Source: an uncultured Mycoplasmatota bacterium (GTDB taxonomy: Bacteria > Bacillota_I > Bacilli_A > RF39 > UBA660). Taken from it: 64,000 nucleotides of DNA. Under the pieces are notes generated by a model that was not told the origin of the DNA, searched no databases, and saw only the letters and a list, made by a program, of their open reading frames with translations. Location of the stretch: contig USGP01000004.1 of the NCBI GenBank assembly GCA_900554315.1, forward strand, positions 4,174 to 68,173, in the 5' to 3' direction. Shown here piece by piece: positions 8,589 through 18,142 of the stretch. The translations under genes were made by a program, and so were the position numbers. Within the stretch, counting starts at the first letter, position 1; each line of letters begins with the position of its first letter.

Positions 8589-9466
8589 GAACAAATCCCC
8601 TCTTTTCTATCTTCGTTTGATCCATTATAACAAAATGTATATCTATAATTTGATGATGCTAATGTAATTTCTGCATATACTTTATAGTCTTGTATATAAT
8701 ACCAACTATCTGATGATGCATATATGGTATTGTTATTATCTGCTGGAATATATTGAATTGGCATATTTAAGGCATTTTTTTCTTGGTTTTCGACGTTAGC
8801 ATTAATCATGTAAGTTGTAAGTTTAGCATAAATACTATCCGCATATTGTATCGCTTGGTCTTTACTTATTATTGTAGTATCTGTATTGGTAGTAATCGTA
8901 GAGTCCATATTATCTATTATGTCTGCTGACTGTAAATACAAGGACCAGATAATTTCATCTTCTTTATCTTCGTTTATTCCTAGTTCTTGTGCTTTTTGTT
9001 TCCAAGTTGAACTTTCTTCTATGACTTGAGATGACATATTATTTTCTAATAAAATATTTTTTACCAATTCTACTATTTGATGGTAGATTGTATTCTCACC
9101 ATAATTAATTAATACTATGTTTTTATTGTTTATTTTTTGGTTATCAATTAATATTTGAAAAATATCGTTGATAGCTTCTTGTATTTTTTTTCCTTCAATA
9201 TTTTTATTGATAATTGGTGAGGATTCTTCATTTTCTACTAAAATACTCATTACTTTATCTTTTTTATCTAGTAAGATGAAGAATTCAGGCCCTGTTGGAA
9301 TTTTTACTTCTACTGCAGTTTGAAAGTCATTCATATTGAATAATTTTTCACTACTTCCTACACTTTCTTGATATTCTGGTAATACTTTTGTTATTCCCAA
9401 ATAGATACAAGCTCCTACAATTACTAATACTTCTATTATATATATCCAGATTTTTTGTTTTCCCAT
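8585..9466 (-). CDS. Signal-anchored protein, unknown function
   Basis: AGGTGA Shine-Dalgarno; TM IWIYIIEVLVIVGACIYLGI; 293 aa. Confidence 0.7.
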   Translation of the reverse strand: MGKQKIWIYIIEVLVIVGACIYLGITKVLPEYQESVGSSEKLFNMNDFQTAVEVKIPTGPEFFILLDKKDKVMSILVENEESSPIINKNIEGKKIQEAINDIFQILIDNQKINNKNIVLINYGENTIYHQIVELVKNILLENNMSSQVIEESSTWKQKAQELGINEDKEDEIIWSLYLQSADIIDNMDSTITTNTDTTIISKDQAIQYADSIYAKLTTYMINANVENQEKNALNMPIQYIPADNNNTIYASSDSWYYIQDYKVYAEITLASSNYRYTFCYNGSNEDRKEGICS

Positions 9467-9474
9467 ACTATCAC

Positions 9475-11643
9475 CTATCCAGAAAATTTAGGGTTTAATG
9501 TTAACGTTACTTCCAGTCCATCTGTAATAGCAGTTCCTTCCGCTACACTCTGTGCGGTAACATATCCAACACCATCTAATTTTACTTTTACTCCTAACAG
9601 TTGTAGTAAATTATTAGCAACTTTGGAAGATAAGCCTACGACATTTGGTATCGTTATATTGGTATCATTTGTAATTAGATATACTGTATCTTTATTGGTA
9701 ATTTTATCTGTTTGTTCAGGATATTGTTTTACCACTTTATTACCATTTCCAAGTATTTGATATGTCATTTGATTAGAATTTAATGTTGTTTTTACAGATT
9801 CAATATCTTGATTTAAAAAGCTTGGTAATTCATATTCTGTTACTTCTACTTCTGGTGTTTGAGTATCATCGTTTCCATAATATTTAGATGCGTTATTTAC
9901 AATTTCTTTAATGGCATTCGATAATGGTTTTTGACTACCACCAGATGGTCTTTTTACAGATGCATATATAATTAACTTTGGATCACTTTTTGGATAAATT
10001 CCAGCAAAAGATGAAATAATATCTTCTTTACCACTTAAATATCCTCCACCGTTTTCAGCTGCAATTTGAGCAGTACCTGTTTTCCCTATTAATTCTCCAC
10101 TTGGAATTCTAAAACCACTTCCGGTGTTTCCAATACCATTTACACAATCGTCCATTAATTGGAGCATCTTTTGTACTGTTTCTGTAGATGCTACTCTTTC
10201 AATTTCTGTTCTTTTATTTTTTAATATTGTTTCATTGGTATCTGGATCCACTATCTTTTTTACTACAAATGGTTCTAGTAACATACCATCATTAGTTAAT
10301 GATGTCATAGCTTTTACATTTTGGATTGGCGTTGTAGTGATACCTTGTCCAAAACCAGCATTATAAATTTCTGTTTCATATTTAAAGTTCAAGCTACCAG
10401 CCTCTTCATTGGGAAGAGAAATTCCTGTTTTTCTACCAAATCCTAATTTTTTAAAATATTCTCTTAACATGGCACTATTCATATGTCTATTGATTAGGTT
10501 GATAACTCCAACATTACTACTCATTGCATACCCTTTATCAAAGGTAATAGTACCCCAACCATTTCTATCCCAGTCACCAATTTGTGTACCGTCTGTCGTG
10601 GTATATACTCCAGATAGATAAGTTTCTTGTCCGTTGTACACACCATTTTCCATTGCTGCCATATAAGTAAAGGTCTTCATGGTTGATCCTGGTTCGTATG
10701 GAGACGATACTGTTGGATCTAGATAATTTGTAATATTTCTAATGTTTGGGTCAAATGATGGAGATGTTGCGGTAGCAAGGAGTGCCCCAGTTTTAGCATC
10801 CATAATGGTGATATTAAACCATTCCCAGTCATAATCGATATCTGCATTATTAATTGCTTGCTCTACAAAGAATTGAATTTGACTATCTAGTGTTAAATAA
10901 ATATCTTTTCCTTGTGATGCTTCTTTTCTTCTTTCTGGAGTATCCGCAATTCTATATCCTTGTAGGTCTTTTTGATATTGGACGTAACCATCTTCTCCTT
11001 TTAGAATTTTATTATAGTATTTTTCTATTCCCATTTCTCCTACTATGTTTTCTTCTCCAGTTTCTTCGTCTGTTTCTGTTTTAGCATAACCTACTGTATA
11101 AGAAGCAAAATCTCCTTTTGGATAATATCTTTTATAGCTTTCTATAAAGTCAAGCCCAGGTAAGTCTAAGGCTTCTATTTTATTTTTCGTTATTTCTGAT
11201 AACCCTTTTCCTTTAGAACCAAATTCGGTCTGATAAACATCTTCTTTAGATAAATACTTTAATATTTCTTCTTTTGTCATACCTAATATTGGCGCTAGTT
11301 TTTCGGCTGTTTCTTCTTTATTGACTACATGTTGTGGATTATCTTTATCGGTTGTTCTTTTAGGATCTAAGTACGCTATTAATTTATAGGAAGCTATATT
11401 TTGAGCAAGTGCTTCTCCATCTTTCGTGTATATGCTCCCACGTTCTGCAGATAATGTTTCCATAGCTGTTGTTCTCTTACTAGCTAATTCTTTTAAGTTA
11501 ATGCCATCTACTTCTGGAGAAAGTCCTAGTTGAATTACTCTTCCTATCATTGCAGCAAACAAAAAAAGAGAAGTAAAAATTACTATCTTAGAATATCTGA
11601 TATTATTTTTCTTTCTCTTTTTTGCTTTTGCCAATTTACTCAC
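9475..11643 (-). CDS. pbpB: Class B penicillin-binding protein (PBP2B/FtsI type) with two C-terminal PASTA domains
   Basis: Motifs STMK (EPGSTMKTF), SSN (AMSSNVG) and KTG (GKTGTAQ); dcw-cluster position after ftsL; GTG start. Confidence 0.9.
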   Translation of the reverse strand: MSKLAKAKKRKKNNIRYSKIVIFTSLFLFAAMIGRVIQLGLSPEVDGINLKELASKRTTAMETLSAERGSIYTKDGEALAQNIASYKLIAYLDPKRTTDKDNPQHVVNKEETAEKLAPILGMTKEEILKYLSKEDVYQTEFGSKGKGLSEITKNKIEALDLPGLDFIESYKRYYPKGDFASYTVGYAKTETDEETGEENIVGEMGIEKYYNKILKGEDGYVQYQKDLQGYRIADTPERRKEASQGKDIYLTLDSQIQFFVEQAINNADIDYDWEWFNITIMDAKTGALLATATSPSFDPNIRNITNYLDPTVSSPYEPGSTMKTFTYMAAMENGVYNGQETYLSGVYTTTDGTQIGDWDRNGWGTITFDKGYAMSSNVGVINLINRHMNSAMLREYFKKLGFGRKTGISLPNEEAGSLNFKYETEIYNAGFGQGITTTPIQNVKAMTSLTNDGMLLEPFVVKKIVDPDTNETILKNKRTEIERVASTETVQKMLQLMDDCVNGIGNTGSGFRIPSGELIGKTGTAQIAAENGGGYLSGKEDIISSFAGIYPKSDPKLIIYASVKRPSGGSQKPLSNAIKEIVNNASKYYGNDDTQTPEVEVTEYELPSFLNQDIESVKTTLNSNQMTYQILGNGNKVVKQYPEQTDKITNKDTVYLITNDTNITIPNVVGLSSKVANNLLQLLGVKVKLDGVGYVTAQSVAEGTAITDGLEVTLTLNPKFSG

Positions 11644-11646
11644 ATC

Positions 11647-11946
11647 CTATTTATCTTCCGTTACAGTCTTTATGTTATTATTATTATAGCTTAATCCTTG
11701 TTCTTCTGCAACTTCTTGAATTTTTGTAAGGGACGCTAATTCATTAATTGTCATTGCTAAACTTTCATTTGTTTTTTGTTGTTCTTCTATTTTTTGCTTT
11801 TGTTTTTCCACTTCATAGTTAACATTTGCTAGTGTTGCTTTAGAAAACACAATAGAAATCGGAGAAATTACAAGTAAAAATAAAGCTAGTGTATATAATA
11901 ATTTTTCAAACTTAGACATCTTAAGTCTTTTCTTTATTTTTCTCAT
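11647..11946 (-). CDS. ftsL: Cell division protein FtsL
   Basis: 99 aa, single TM plus coiled coil, located between rsmH and pbpB; the start could be the internal MSKFEK. Confidence 0.75.
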   Translation of the reverse strand: MRKIKKRLKMSKFEKLLYTLALFLLVISPISIVFSKATLANVNYEVEKQKQKIEEQQKTNESLAMTINELASLTKIQEVAEEQGLSYNNNNIKTVTEDK

Positions 11947-11965
11947 ATATATCCTCCTCTTTATT

Positions 11966-12895
11966 CTATTTTATTCTTTCAATTACACGTAGTTTAGCAC
12001 TTCTAGAACGATTGTTTTGTTCTAATTCTTCTGCACTTGGAAGAATTGCTTTATTTACTACTAATTTAAAATCAGGTAAATACTCATCGGGTATGTTTGG
12101 TAGTCCCTTTACTTTATCATCTATTTTACATTTTTCCTTGAATATTCTTTTTACTGTTCTATCTTCTAATGAATGGAAGGTAATAACTGCAACTCTGCCA
12201 CCTACTTTAATCAATGATAGTGCCTGTTCTAAAGCAGGTTCTAACACATCCAATTCATGATTCACTTCAATTCTAATTGCCTGGAAAATCTGACGTGCAG
12301 GATGTTTTTCTTTTCTAAATTTCATTGGTACTGCACTTTTTATAATTTCTACTAATTCTAATGTTGTTTCAATTGGCTTTTGTTCTCTATATTCTACAAT
12401 TTTCTTAGCAATGTTTCTTGAAAATTTATCTTCTCCATATTTATAAAAAATATCTGCTAGTTTTTCTTTGCTATATGTATTTACTACCTCATAAGCAGAT
12501 AGCTGATTGTCTTTATCCATTCTCATATCTAATTTTGCATCTTCATGAAAGGAAAATCCACGTGATGCATCATCTAATTGAGGAGAAGATACCCCTAAGT
12601 CAAATAATATTCCATCTACTTCTGTTATTCCTTGCTTTTCTAATTCACTTTTTAAATTTACAAAATTACTTTTAATAATAGTGAAGTTAGTACCAATCGC
12701 ACTTAGGCGATTAGTACTATGCCGAATTGCTTCACTATCTTGGTCAAAGGCGAATAAAAACCCCTTTTTTATTCGTTGCAAGATGTAACTACTGTGTCCT
12801 CCATAACCTAGTGTGCAGTCTACGATTATGCTGTCTTCTTTTAGATTTAGGGCAGCTATCGATTCTTTTAATAGTACGCTAAAATGTTTTTCCAT
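11966..12895 (-). CDS. rsmH: 16S rRNA (cytosine1402-N4)-methyltransferase RsmH
   Basis: HxSVLLxE start, DCTLGYGGHS, DLGVSSPQLD and SFHSLEDR-type motifs; position after mraZ. Confidence 0.95.
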   Translation of the reverse strand: MEKHFSVLLKESIAALNLKEDSIIVDCTLGYGGHSSYILQRIKKGFLFAFDQDSEAIRHSTNRLSAIGTNFTIIKSNFVNLKSELEKQGITEVDGILFDLGVSSPQLDDASRGFSFHEDAKLDMRMDKDNQLSAYEVVNTYSKEKLADIFYKYGEDKFSRNIAKKIVEYREQKPIETTLELVEIIKSAVPMKFRKEKHPARQIFQAIRIEVNHELDVLEPALEQALSLIKVGGRVAVITFHSLEDRTVKRIFKEKCKIDDKVKGLPNIPDEYLPDFKLVVNKAILPSAEELEQNNRSRSAKLRVIERIK

Positions 12896-13332
12896 TATAA
12901 ATTCACACTTTCATCAAATAGATTTTCGGCTATATCAGACATGTTGATGGAAGCAGAATCGAAAAAGTTATCCCAAGCTTCTTTGGCCCATATTTCAAGC
13001 CTATCTCCGGTACCGATAATGACGCATTCCTTATCGATTCCTGCATAGGTAATTAGTGGGGAGGTAATATTAATACGGCCTTGCTTGTCAAATTCTGCTA
13101 CAGTAGCACCGGATAAGAAGAAACGGGTAAAATTTCTTGCATCCTTCTTGGTAAATGGTAAGGATTCTAGTTTATGAACGATTTGTTCCCATCTGTCTTC
13201 AGGATAGACAAATAAACAATTTTCGATTCCTCGAGTAATAATAAATTTGTCTTTTAGTTCTGTTCTAAATTTTGAAGGAATAATTAGCCTTCCTTTGTCA
13301 TCAATTGAATGATGATATTCACCCATAAACAT
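12895..13332 (-). CDS. mraZ: Transcriptional regulator MraZ
   Basis: MFMGEYHHSIDDKGRLIIP and a second DxQGR motif. Start trimmed to ATG 13330-13332, which has a GGGGGA Shine-Dalgarno. Confidence 0.95.
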   Translation of the reverse strand: MFMGEYHHSIDDKGRLIIPSKFRTELKDKFIITRGIENCLFVYPEDRWEQIVHKLESLPFTKKDARNFTRFFLSGATVAEFDKQGRINITSPLITYAGIDKECVIIGTGDRLEIWAKEAWDNFFDSASINMSDIAENLFDESVNL

Positions 13333-13340
13333 AAAAATCC

Positions 13341-13365
13341 CCCACTTTTCACCACCAGTTACCAC
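13341..13365 (-). promoter_or_regulatory. Putative MraZ operator: GTGGT-N5-GTGGT-N5-GTGGG direct repeats with 10-bp phasing
   Basis: Plus strand reads CCCAC (13341-45), ACCAC (13351-55) and ACCAC (13361-65). This lies immediately upstream of the mraZ start and overlaps its Shine-Dalgarno. Confidence 0.6.
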
Positions 13366-13450
13366 TGATTAATTATATATTAAACTAATTTATAGTGATT
13401 TGTAAATATGAGAAAAAATTTTTTCTTACCTATTTACACATTTTTGACAC

Positions 13451-13475
13451 AAAAAAAGTACGATAGTTATCGTAC
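13451..13475 (-). terminator. Rho-independent terminator
   Basis: GTACGATA-ac-TATCGTAC hairpin followed by a T7 run on the minus strand; overlaps the stop at 13467-69. Confidence 0.7.
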
Positions 13476-14333
13476 CATTTGTTTTACTTTTGGTGCTTTC
13501 AAAAGTGATCCATTATACCCTATACTACTTAAGTATTGTTGATATAAGGCTACTTTAAACGCTTCATAAAATTCTGGATTTATTCTTGCTTGATTGTCTG
13601 TAATGATCGCATCACGCATAAAGCCCTGTGATTGATTTGTGTAGATTGGTTGTGGTTCTTCTAGATGGTAGAAATCATCTGTTGGAAATACGCTTCTTAG
13701 TGTCAGGTCTATCACTTTTTCTTTCTCTTTGGTTAAGGAATAAGCGTGATAAAATGATTCTTTAAAAATTCCTTTGCATAAGGCTACTTGAAGATAATTT
13801 TCTTGGTAAGTTCTTGCTAAAAACTCTGCATGTTGAAAGCAACGATTGGCAAGTCGATTTGTATACATATAAGCCATCACTTTGTCATCATCTTGAAAAA
13901 AGTATTCTGCTAATTGAAAATCTGTTTGTCCACATTGCTTGCTGAAGATAGAAAAGTTTCCTTCTCCATGATAACTAATATCTTGAATGGTTGGTAAATA
14001 TAAAAGTCTATGGATTAATTTGCTATTCTTATTTGGATCTTTTAAATTGCCTAAGTATTTAATAGTATCTTTTATTTCCGCTTTTTCATTGTAACCATAG
14101 TGACTTAAGATAGAATATAATGTAGGAATATAACTTGGATATAACAAAAGTATTTCTCTTAATTCGTCGAAGCAGGCACATGGGTTATTCTCTACTTCTT
14201 CTGGTGTTGCTATTGAATATGGAAATATTGTTCTAAATTGGTCAATTACTAATTTACATTTCGTTTCTACTTGTTTTAGTCCTTCTATTTCTATTGTATT
14301 GTAAATTTTTTCACATGGATTAATATCAATCAC
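13467..14333 (-). CDS. Hypothetical cytoplasmic protein (288 aa)
   Basis: Long ORF between thrS and mraZ. GTG start sits directly after AAGGAA, so the exact start is uncertain. No motif recognised. Confidence 0.6.
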   Translation of the reverse strand: MIDINPCEKIYNTIEIEGLKQVETKCKLVIDQFRTIFPYSIATPEEVENNPCACFDELREILLLYPSYIPTLYSILSHYGYNEKAEIKDTIKYLGNLKDPNKNSKLIHRLLYLPTIQDISYHGEGNFSIFSKQCGQTDFQLAEYFFQDDDKVMAYMYTNRLANRCFQHAEFLARTYQENYLQVALCKGIFKESFYHAYSLTKEKEKVIDLTLRSVFPTDDFYHLEEPQPIYTNQSQGFMRDAIITDNQARINPEFYEAFKVALYQQYLSSIGYNGSLLKAPKVKQMVR

Positions 14334-14361
14334 TTCCTTAAAGGTTATTGTATTTTACTAT

Positions 14362-14392
14362 GAAAGAAAAGAAATAGCAAGAATCTTGCTAT
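14362..14392 (-). terminator. Probable terminator after thrS
   Basis: ATAGCAAG-att-CTTGCTAT hairpin followed by a T-rich tract on the minus strand. Confidence 0.5.
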
Positions 14393-16149
14393 CTCATTGT
14401 CTTATTCTTTATTTCCTCTTTGATTAATTTTATGAATTCTTCTTGTGATACTGTTGTGGTATCTTTTTCTCCATGTAGTCGGTAGCTAATGGTACTGTCT
14501 TGTTTTTCTTTATCTCCAAGAATTAATGTATATGGAACTTTCTTTGTTTGGGCTTCTCTTAGACGATATCCTAATTTTTCATTTCTATCATCAAGTTCTG
14601 CTCGAATACCTTCTACTTTTAGTTTTTCTGTTACAATACTTGCATAATCTCCTTGAAATTCAGATGATACAGGAATTACTTCTACTTGTGTTGGAGAAAG
14701 CCATGTAGGGAAGGCTCCTTTTGTCTCTTCTATTAAGAAGGCAGTAAAGCGATCAAAAGTTCCAAATATTGCTCTATGAATTACTACTGGAGTTTGTTTT
14801 TCTCCATTTGAGTCTACATAAGTTAGTTCAAATCTTCTTGGTAATAGGAAGTCTAGCTGACAAGTAGAAAGAGTTACTTCTGGTCCTACTGCTGGTTTTA
14901 CTTCTACATCTAATTTTGGCCCATAAAATGCAGCTTCTCCCTCAGCTTCAAAATAATCTACTCCCATATCGTTTAATACTTCACGTAATTTATTTTCTGC
15001 ATTTTCCCACATTTCATCATCGTCAAAATATTTTTCTTTGTCATTTTTGTCTCTTAAAGATAATCTAAATTTGTAATCTTTAATTCCAAAGTCTTTATAA
15101 ACATCTAAGATTAGACTTACTACTCGTTTAAATTCATCTCCTATTTGATCTGGTCTTACAAATAAGTGAGCATCATTTTGACACATGCAACGAACTCTTT
15201 CTAGTCCTTTTACTGCTCCACTTGCTTCATATCTGAAATCTGTTGCAAATTCTCCAATACGAACTGGTAGGTCTCTATAAGAGTGCATCTTATTTTTATA
15301 TACTAGCATATGATGTGGACAGTTCATTGGACGAAGAACAAATTCTTCATCATCCACTTTCATCATTGGAAACATATTTTCTTTGTAATGATCCCAGTGG
15401 CCTGATGTTTTATATAAGTTAACGGTACCAACGCATGGTGTATATACATGATTGTATCCCATTACTTCTTCTTTTTGGTAAATATAATTTTCAAGTTCGT
15501 GGCGAATAAGAGCTCCATTTGGTAACCATAATGGCATTCCTGAACCTACTAATTCGTGAGTCATAAATAATTCTTGTTCTTTTCCAATTTTTCTATGATC
15601 TCTTTCTTTTGCTTCTTCTAATTCTTGTAGGTAATTGTCTAAATCTTCTTGATTTTCAAAACATACACCATAAATTCTTTGAAGCATTTTGTTTTTAGCG
15701 TCACCTTTCCAGTAAGCACCGCTATGTTTAATTAATTTGAAATATTTTAGTTTCTTTACTGTATCTACGTGTGGACCGCGACATAGATCTGTAAAGTCTC
15801 CTTGTGTATAGCAAGAAATTGTTACCTCATTTTCATCCATTCTAGATATTAAATCCATTTTATATGGATCATCTTTAAACATTTCTAGAGCTTCATCTTT
15901 AGATAATTCATGGCGAACGATTCTTTTTCCATCTTTGGCAATTTTTTTCATTTCACGTTCAATTTTTGGAAGGTCTTCATCAGTTAATGTTTTATCTCCT
16001 AAATCGATATCATAGTAGAATCCTTCTTCAATAACTGGTCCTACCCAGAATTTTGCATCTGGATATAAATGTTTTACTGCTTGTGCTAAAAGATGGGCAC
16101 ATGAATGATTTAATACACTTAATTTTTCATCTTCTTTAATGTTTATCAT
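14389..16149 (-). CDS. thrS: Threonine--tRNA ligase lacking the N-terminal TGS domain
   Basis: 586 aa. Starts at the editing-domain HxxxH segment ([12 protein letters not shown]); class II motifs ([27 protein letters not shown]). AAGGAG Shine-Dalgarno overlaps the stop of the upstream ORF. Confidence 0.95.
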   Translation of the reverse strand: MINIKEDEKLSVLNHSCAHLLAQAVKHLYPDAKFWVGPVIEEGFYYDIDLGDKTLTDEDLPKIEREMKKIAKDGKRIVRHELSKDEALEMFKDDPYKMDLISRMDENEVTISCYTQGDFTDLCRGPHVDTVKKLKYFKLIKHSGAYWKGDAKNKMLQRIYGVCFENQEDLDNYLQELEEAKERDHRKIGKEQELFMTHELVGSGMPLWLPNGALIRHELENYIYQKEEVMGYNHVYTPCVGTVNLYKTSGHWDHYKENMFPMMKVDDEEFVLRPMNCPHHMLVYKNKMHSYRDLPVRIGEFATDFRYEASGAVKGLERVRCMCQNDAHLFVRPDQIGDEFKRVVSLILDVYKDFGIKDYKFRLSLRDKNDKEKYFDDDEMWENAENKLREVLNDMGVDYFEAEGEAAFYGPKLDVEVKPAVGPEVTLSTCQLDFLLPRRFELTYVDSNGEKQTPVVIHRAIFGTFDRFTAFLIEETKGAFPTWLSPTQVEVIPVSSEFQGDYASIVTEKLKVEGIRAELDDRNEKLGYRLREAQTKKVPYTLILGDKEKQDSTISYRLHGEKDTTTVSQEEFIKLIKEEIKNKTMR

Positions 16150-16153
16150 AATA

Positions 16154-16519
16154 TCACTCCTTATTTTTTGTTTTGTATTGTTTTTGTAATACTTTTGGTA
16201 AATCTGCTGGCATATTTTCTTCTAACCAGTTTTTTGGTTGTCTGTGTGGATTTCTGTAAGGAACTAATGGTGCTTTTTTGCGGCGCCTGCTTCCCTCACT
16301 TCTAACTAAAATGAAATCTCCTCGTAAGATAGCTTCTTTGCTGATAAAATCAAGATTGACTCTTGGTGGCATAGCATGTCCTTGTTCTAAGACAAATTCT
16401 TCCATTCTATCGTGTCCAATATACCCATGTAGTGAACATTCCATATCTAGAAAATTTTCGATAAATTCTCTTGTTGTAACAATATACTTTGCACTGATTT
16501 GTGTCGCTTTTTTACTCAT
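16154..16519 (-). CDS. Unknown 121-aa protein with a basic C-terminal tail; first gene of the T-box/thrS operon
   Basis: AGGAGA Shine-Dalgarno 8 nt before ATG 16517-19; stop lies 4 nt before the thrS ATG; tail [20 protein letters not shown]. Confidence 0.7.
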   Translation of the reverse strand: MSKKATQISAKYIVTTREFIENFLDMECSLHGYIGHDRMEEFVLEQGHAMPPRVNLDFISKEAILRGDFILVRSEGSRRRKKAPLVPYRNPHRQPKNWLEENMPADLPKVLQKQYKTKNKE

Positions 16520-16547
16520 AAATAATTCTCCTATTTTTATTATTTAT

Positions 16548-16763
16548 CTATAAAAAAACACTCCTGTTTTTTAGGAGTGTAATTGTTACACGGTACCATC
16601 CTTGGTTTTACTTAATTTAGATAACGGCTTGACCGGAATTATTTTTTATAATTCTACTCGAAAGGGAGTAATAAATTAATCTTTTCTTCGTTCTCACCTA
16701 CCACGAAGTCTCTTAAAAAAGTATTTAATTTATCGTATCCTTTGTCCTTGTATTTCTCACTAC
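16548..16763 (-). promoter_or_regulatory. T-box riboswitch leader (tRNA-Thr expected)
   Basis: Minus strand shows AGAGA plus a stem I apex loop GGUAGGUGAGA (16692-16702) and the T-box sequence GGAUGGUACCGUG (16589-16601). An antiterminator GUGUAA-caa-UUACAC competes with the terminator ACACUCCU-N7-AGGAGUGU plus U run (16551-16580). Candidate specifier is ACU at 16667-16669. Confidence 0.85.
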
Positions 16764-16769
16764 ACGTTC

Positions 16770-16798
16770 ATCATAGCACTTTTTTGTTTATGGTTCAA
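16770..16798 (-). promoter_or_regulatory. Sigma-A-type promoter for the T-box/thrS operon
   Basis: TTGAAC (16793-98) - 17 nt - TATGAT (16770-75) on the minus strand. Confidence 0.55.
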
Positions 16799-16805
16799 GA
16801 CTTTT

Positions 16806-17597
16806 TTAACGACTTGTCCAACTAGATGGAACATTTATTACAGATTGAAGTCCATTGAATCCTTGATAGTATCTTTGTCTTCCATAAGTAAAGAAACTAT
16901 TTAGGTTTGGACAATTGCCATTGGGATCTGTATAACTACAATCTACTACAGCAATGTGTAAGTGAACTCCTGTTGCAATTCCTGTTGCTCCCATGAAACC
17001 TAAATAATCATTTATGGTAACTGGTTTTCCAACATATAAATCTGGTGCATAACTGGATAAGTGTACATATTGAGAGGTATAGTTTACTCCATCAATGTTA
17101 TGATTTACTGTTACAATTTTGGCTCCTGCTGAATCTCTATATATACTAGAAATTACACCATTTGCGATAGGATAGATAGCTTCTCCTGTTCCCCTAGGGC
17201 TCGTAATATCAAAAGCAAAATGAGATGCAGATGGGTAGCTTGTAATCGTTCCCATTTCTGTTGGCAAATACCAGACTCTTTTTGGGGCTTCTAAGGTTGC
17301 AACTGTATTAGATTTGGCTGGTAGGGAAACGGCAACTGGAGATTCTTGTTGTTCATAAGTTCCATTTTTCATTTCTTTATAAATTGCAAATACGCTATTA
17401 CTTTTTTCTTTGGAAGAGGTTTTCTTCTTTTCTGGTACTGCTACCATGGCCATATCCTTGGTATTAATTAGTTCATAATCTAGGCTAAATTCTTCTTGTT
17501 TTAAATTATACTGATAATAAACCAAGGTAAAAGATATCAATAAAAGAAAAATTGATATTTTTTTTACAACTTCTTTATTAGCCAAGATCTTTCCCAT
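16806..17597 (-). CDS. M23 (LytM-type) peptidoglycan endopeptidase, membrane-anchored
   Basis: N-terminal TM. The C-terminal HxxxD-type region and GATGIATGVHLHIAV motif are typical of peptidase M23. Confidence 0.85.
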   Translation of the reverse strand: MGKILANKEVVKKISIFLLLISFTLVYYQYNLKQEEFSLDYELINTKDMAMVAVPEKKKTSSKEKSNSVFAIYKEMKNGTYEQQESPVAVSLPAKSNTVATLEAPKRVWYLPTEMGTITSYPSASHFAFDITSPRGTGEAIYPIANGVISSIYRDSAGAKIVTVNHNIDGVNYTSQYVHLSSYAPDLYVGKPVTINDYLGFMGATGIATGVHLHIAVVDCSYTDPNGNCPNLNSFFTYGRQRYYQGFNGLQSVINVPSSWTSR

Positions 17598-17653
17598 CTT
17601 ATTTTCCCCCTCGAAAGTGAGTTTATTTTACCACTTTTTTATTATAATGTAAA

Positions 17654-17682
17654 GAAAAAAAGTAGAGATTTAATTTCTCTAC
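17654..17682 (-). terminator. Rho-independent terminator after the dnaI operon
   Basis: GTAGAGA-N7-TCTCTAC hairpin followed by a T8 run on the minus strand. Confidence 0.7.
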
Positions 17683-17695
17683 TTTGACTATTTTA

Positions 17696-18076
17696 TTATG
17701 CAATTTTCTGATGAGATTCTTTTTGACTTCTTAGTTCTGCACTTCTTTCAAATGTTTCTCTTAATCCATCAATTATTTGTGTTGAAAACAAATGAGAATC
17801 AGCTTGTGCTTTCATAACATTATTTAGTAATGTAAATTCTTCTTGATTTAATGTTAATCCATTCCAATTAACTCCTCCGCTTGGATTATGGTCAAAATGC
17901 ATTTCACTAAATAACATTCCTTGTATCGCTCCATTTTCATCTACTACTTTTGTATTTGGAAGGTCATCTGTTCCGTACATATTTCTTATAAATGTCTTTC
18001 TTTTCATATTGCTATCGTCATATAGACCTACCCATATTAAATCTCCATGAATCTCTTCGTTTACCATTTTTGGCAT
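17696..18076 (-). CDS. Hypothetical protein (126 aa)
   Basis: GGGGGA Shine-Dalgarno; no motif recognised. Confidence 0.65.
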   Translation of the reverse strand: MPKMVNEEIHGDLIWVGLYDDSNMKRKTFIRNMYGTDDLPNTKVVDENGAIQGMLFSEMHFDHNPSGGVNWNGLTLNQEEFTLLNNVMKAQADSHLFSTQIIDGLRETFERSAELRSQKESHQKIA

Positions 18077-18142
18077 TATAAATTCCCCCTTTTTTATTCA
18101 CGCTGCTTATTACAGCACACTTTTAATGTTATGTCTACTTTT

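Noticed and set aside
12895-13365. ORF-track N-terminal extensions that begin at alternative start codons (mraZ, smc 32593, pnp 39142, 34245, 35435, 36921, 44551, 51145, 51234, 55150, 60626, 8594)
   Set aside because: In each case a downstream ATG has a properly spaced Shine-Dalgarno, and the upstream GTG/TTG often lies inside that Shine-Dalgarno. Coordinates were trimmed accordingly.
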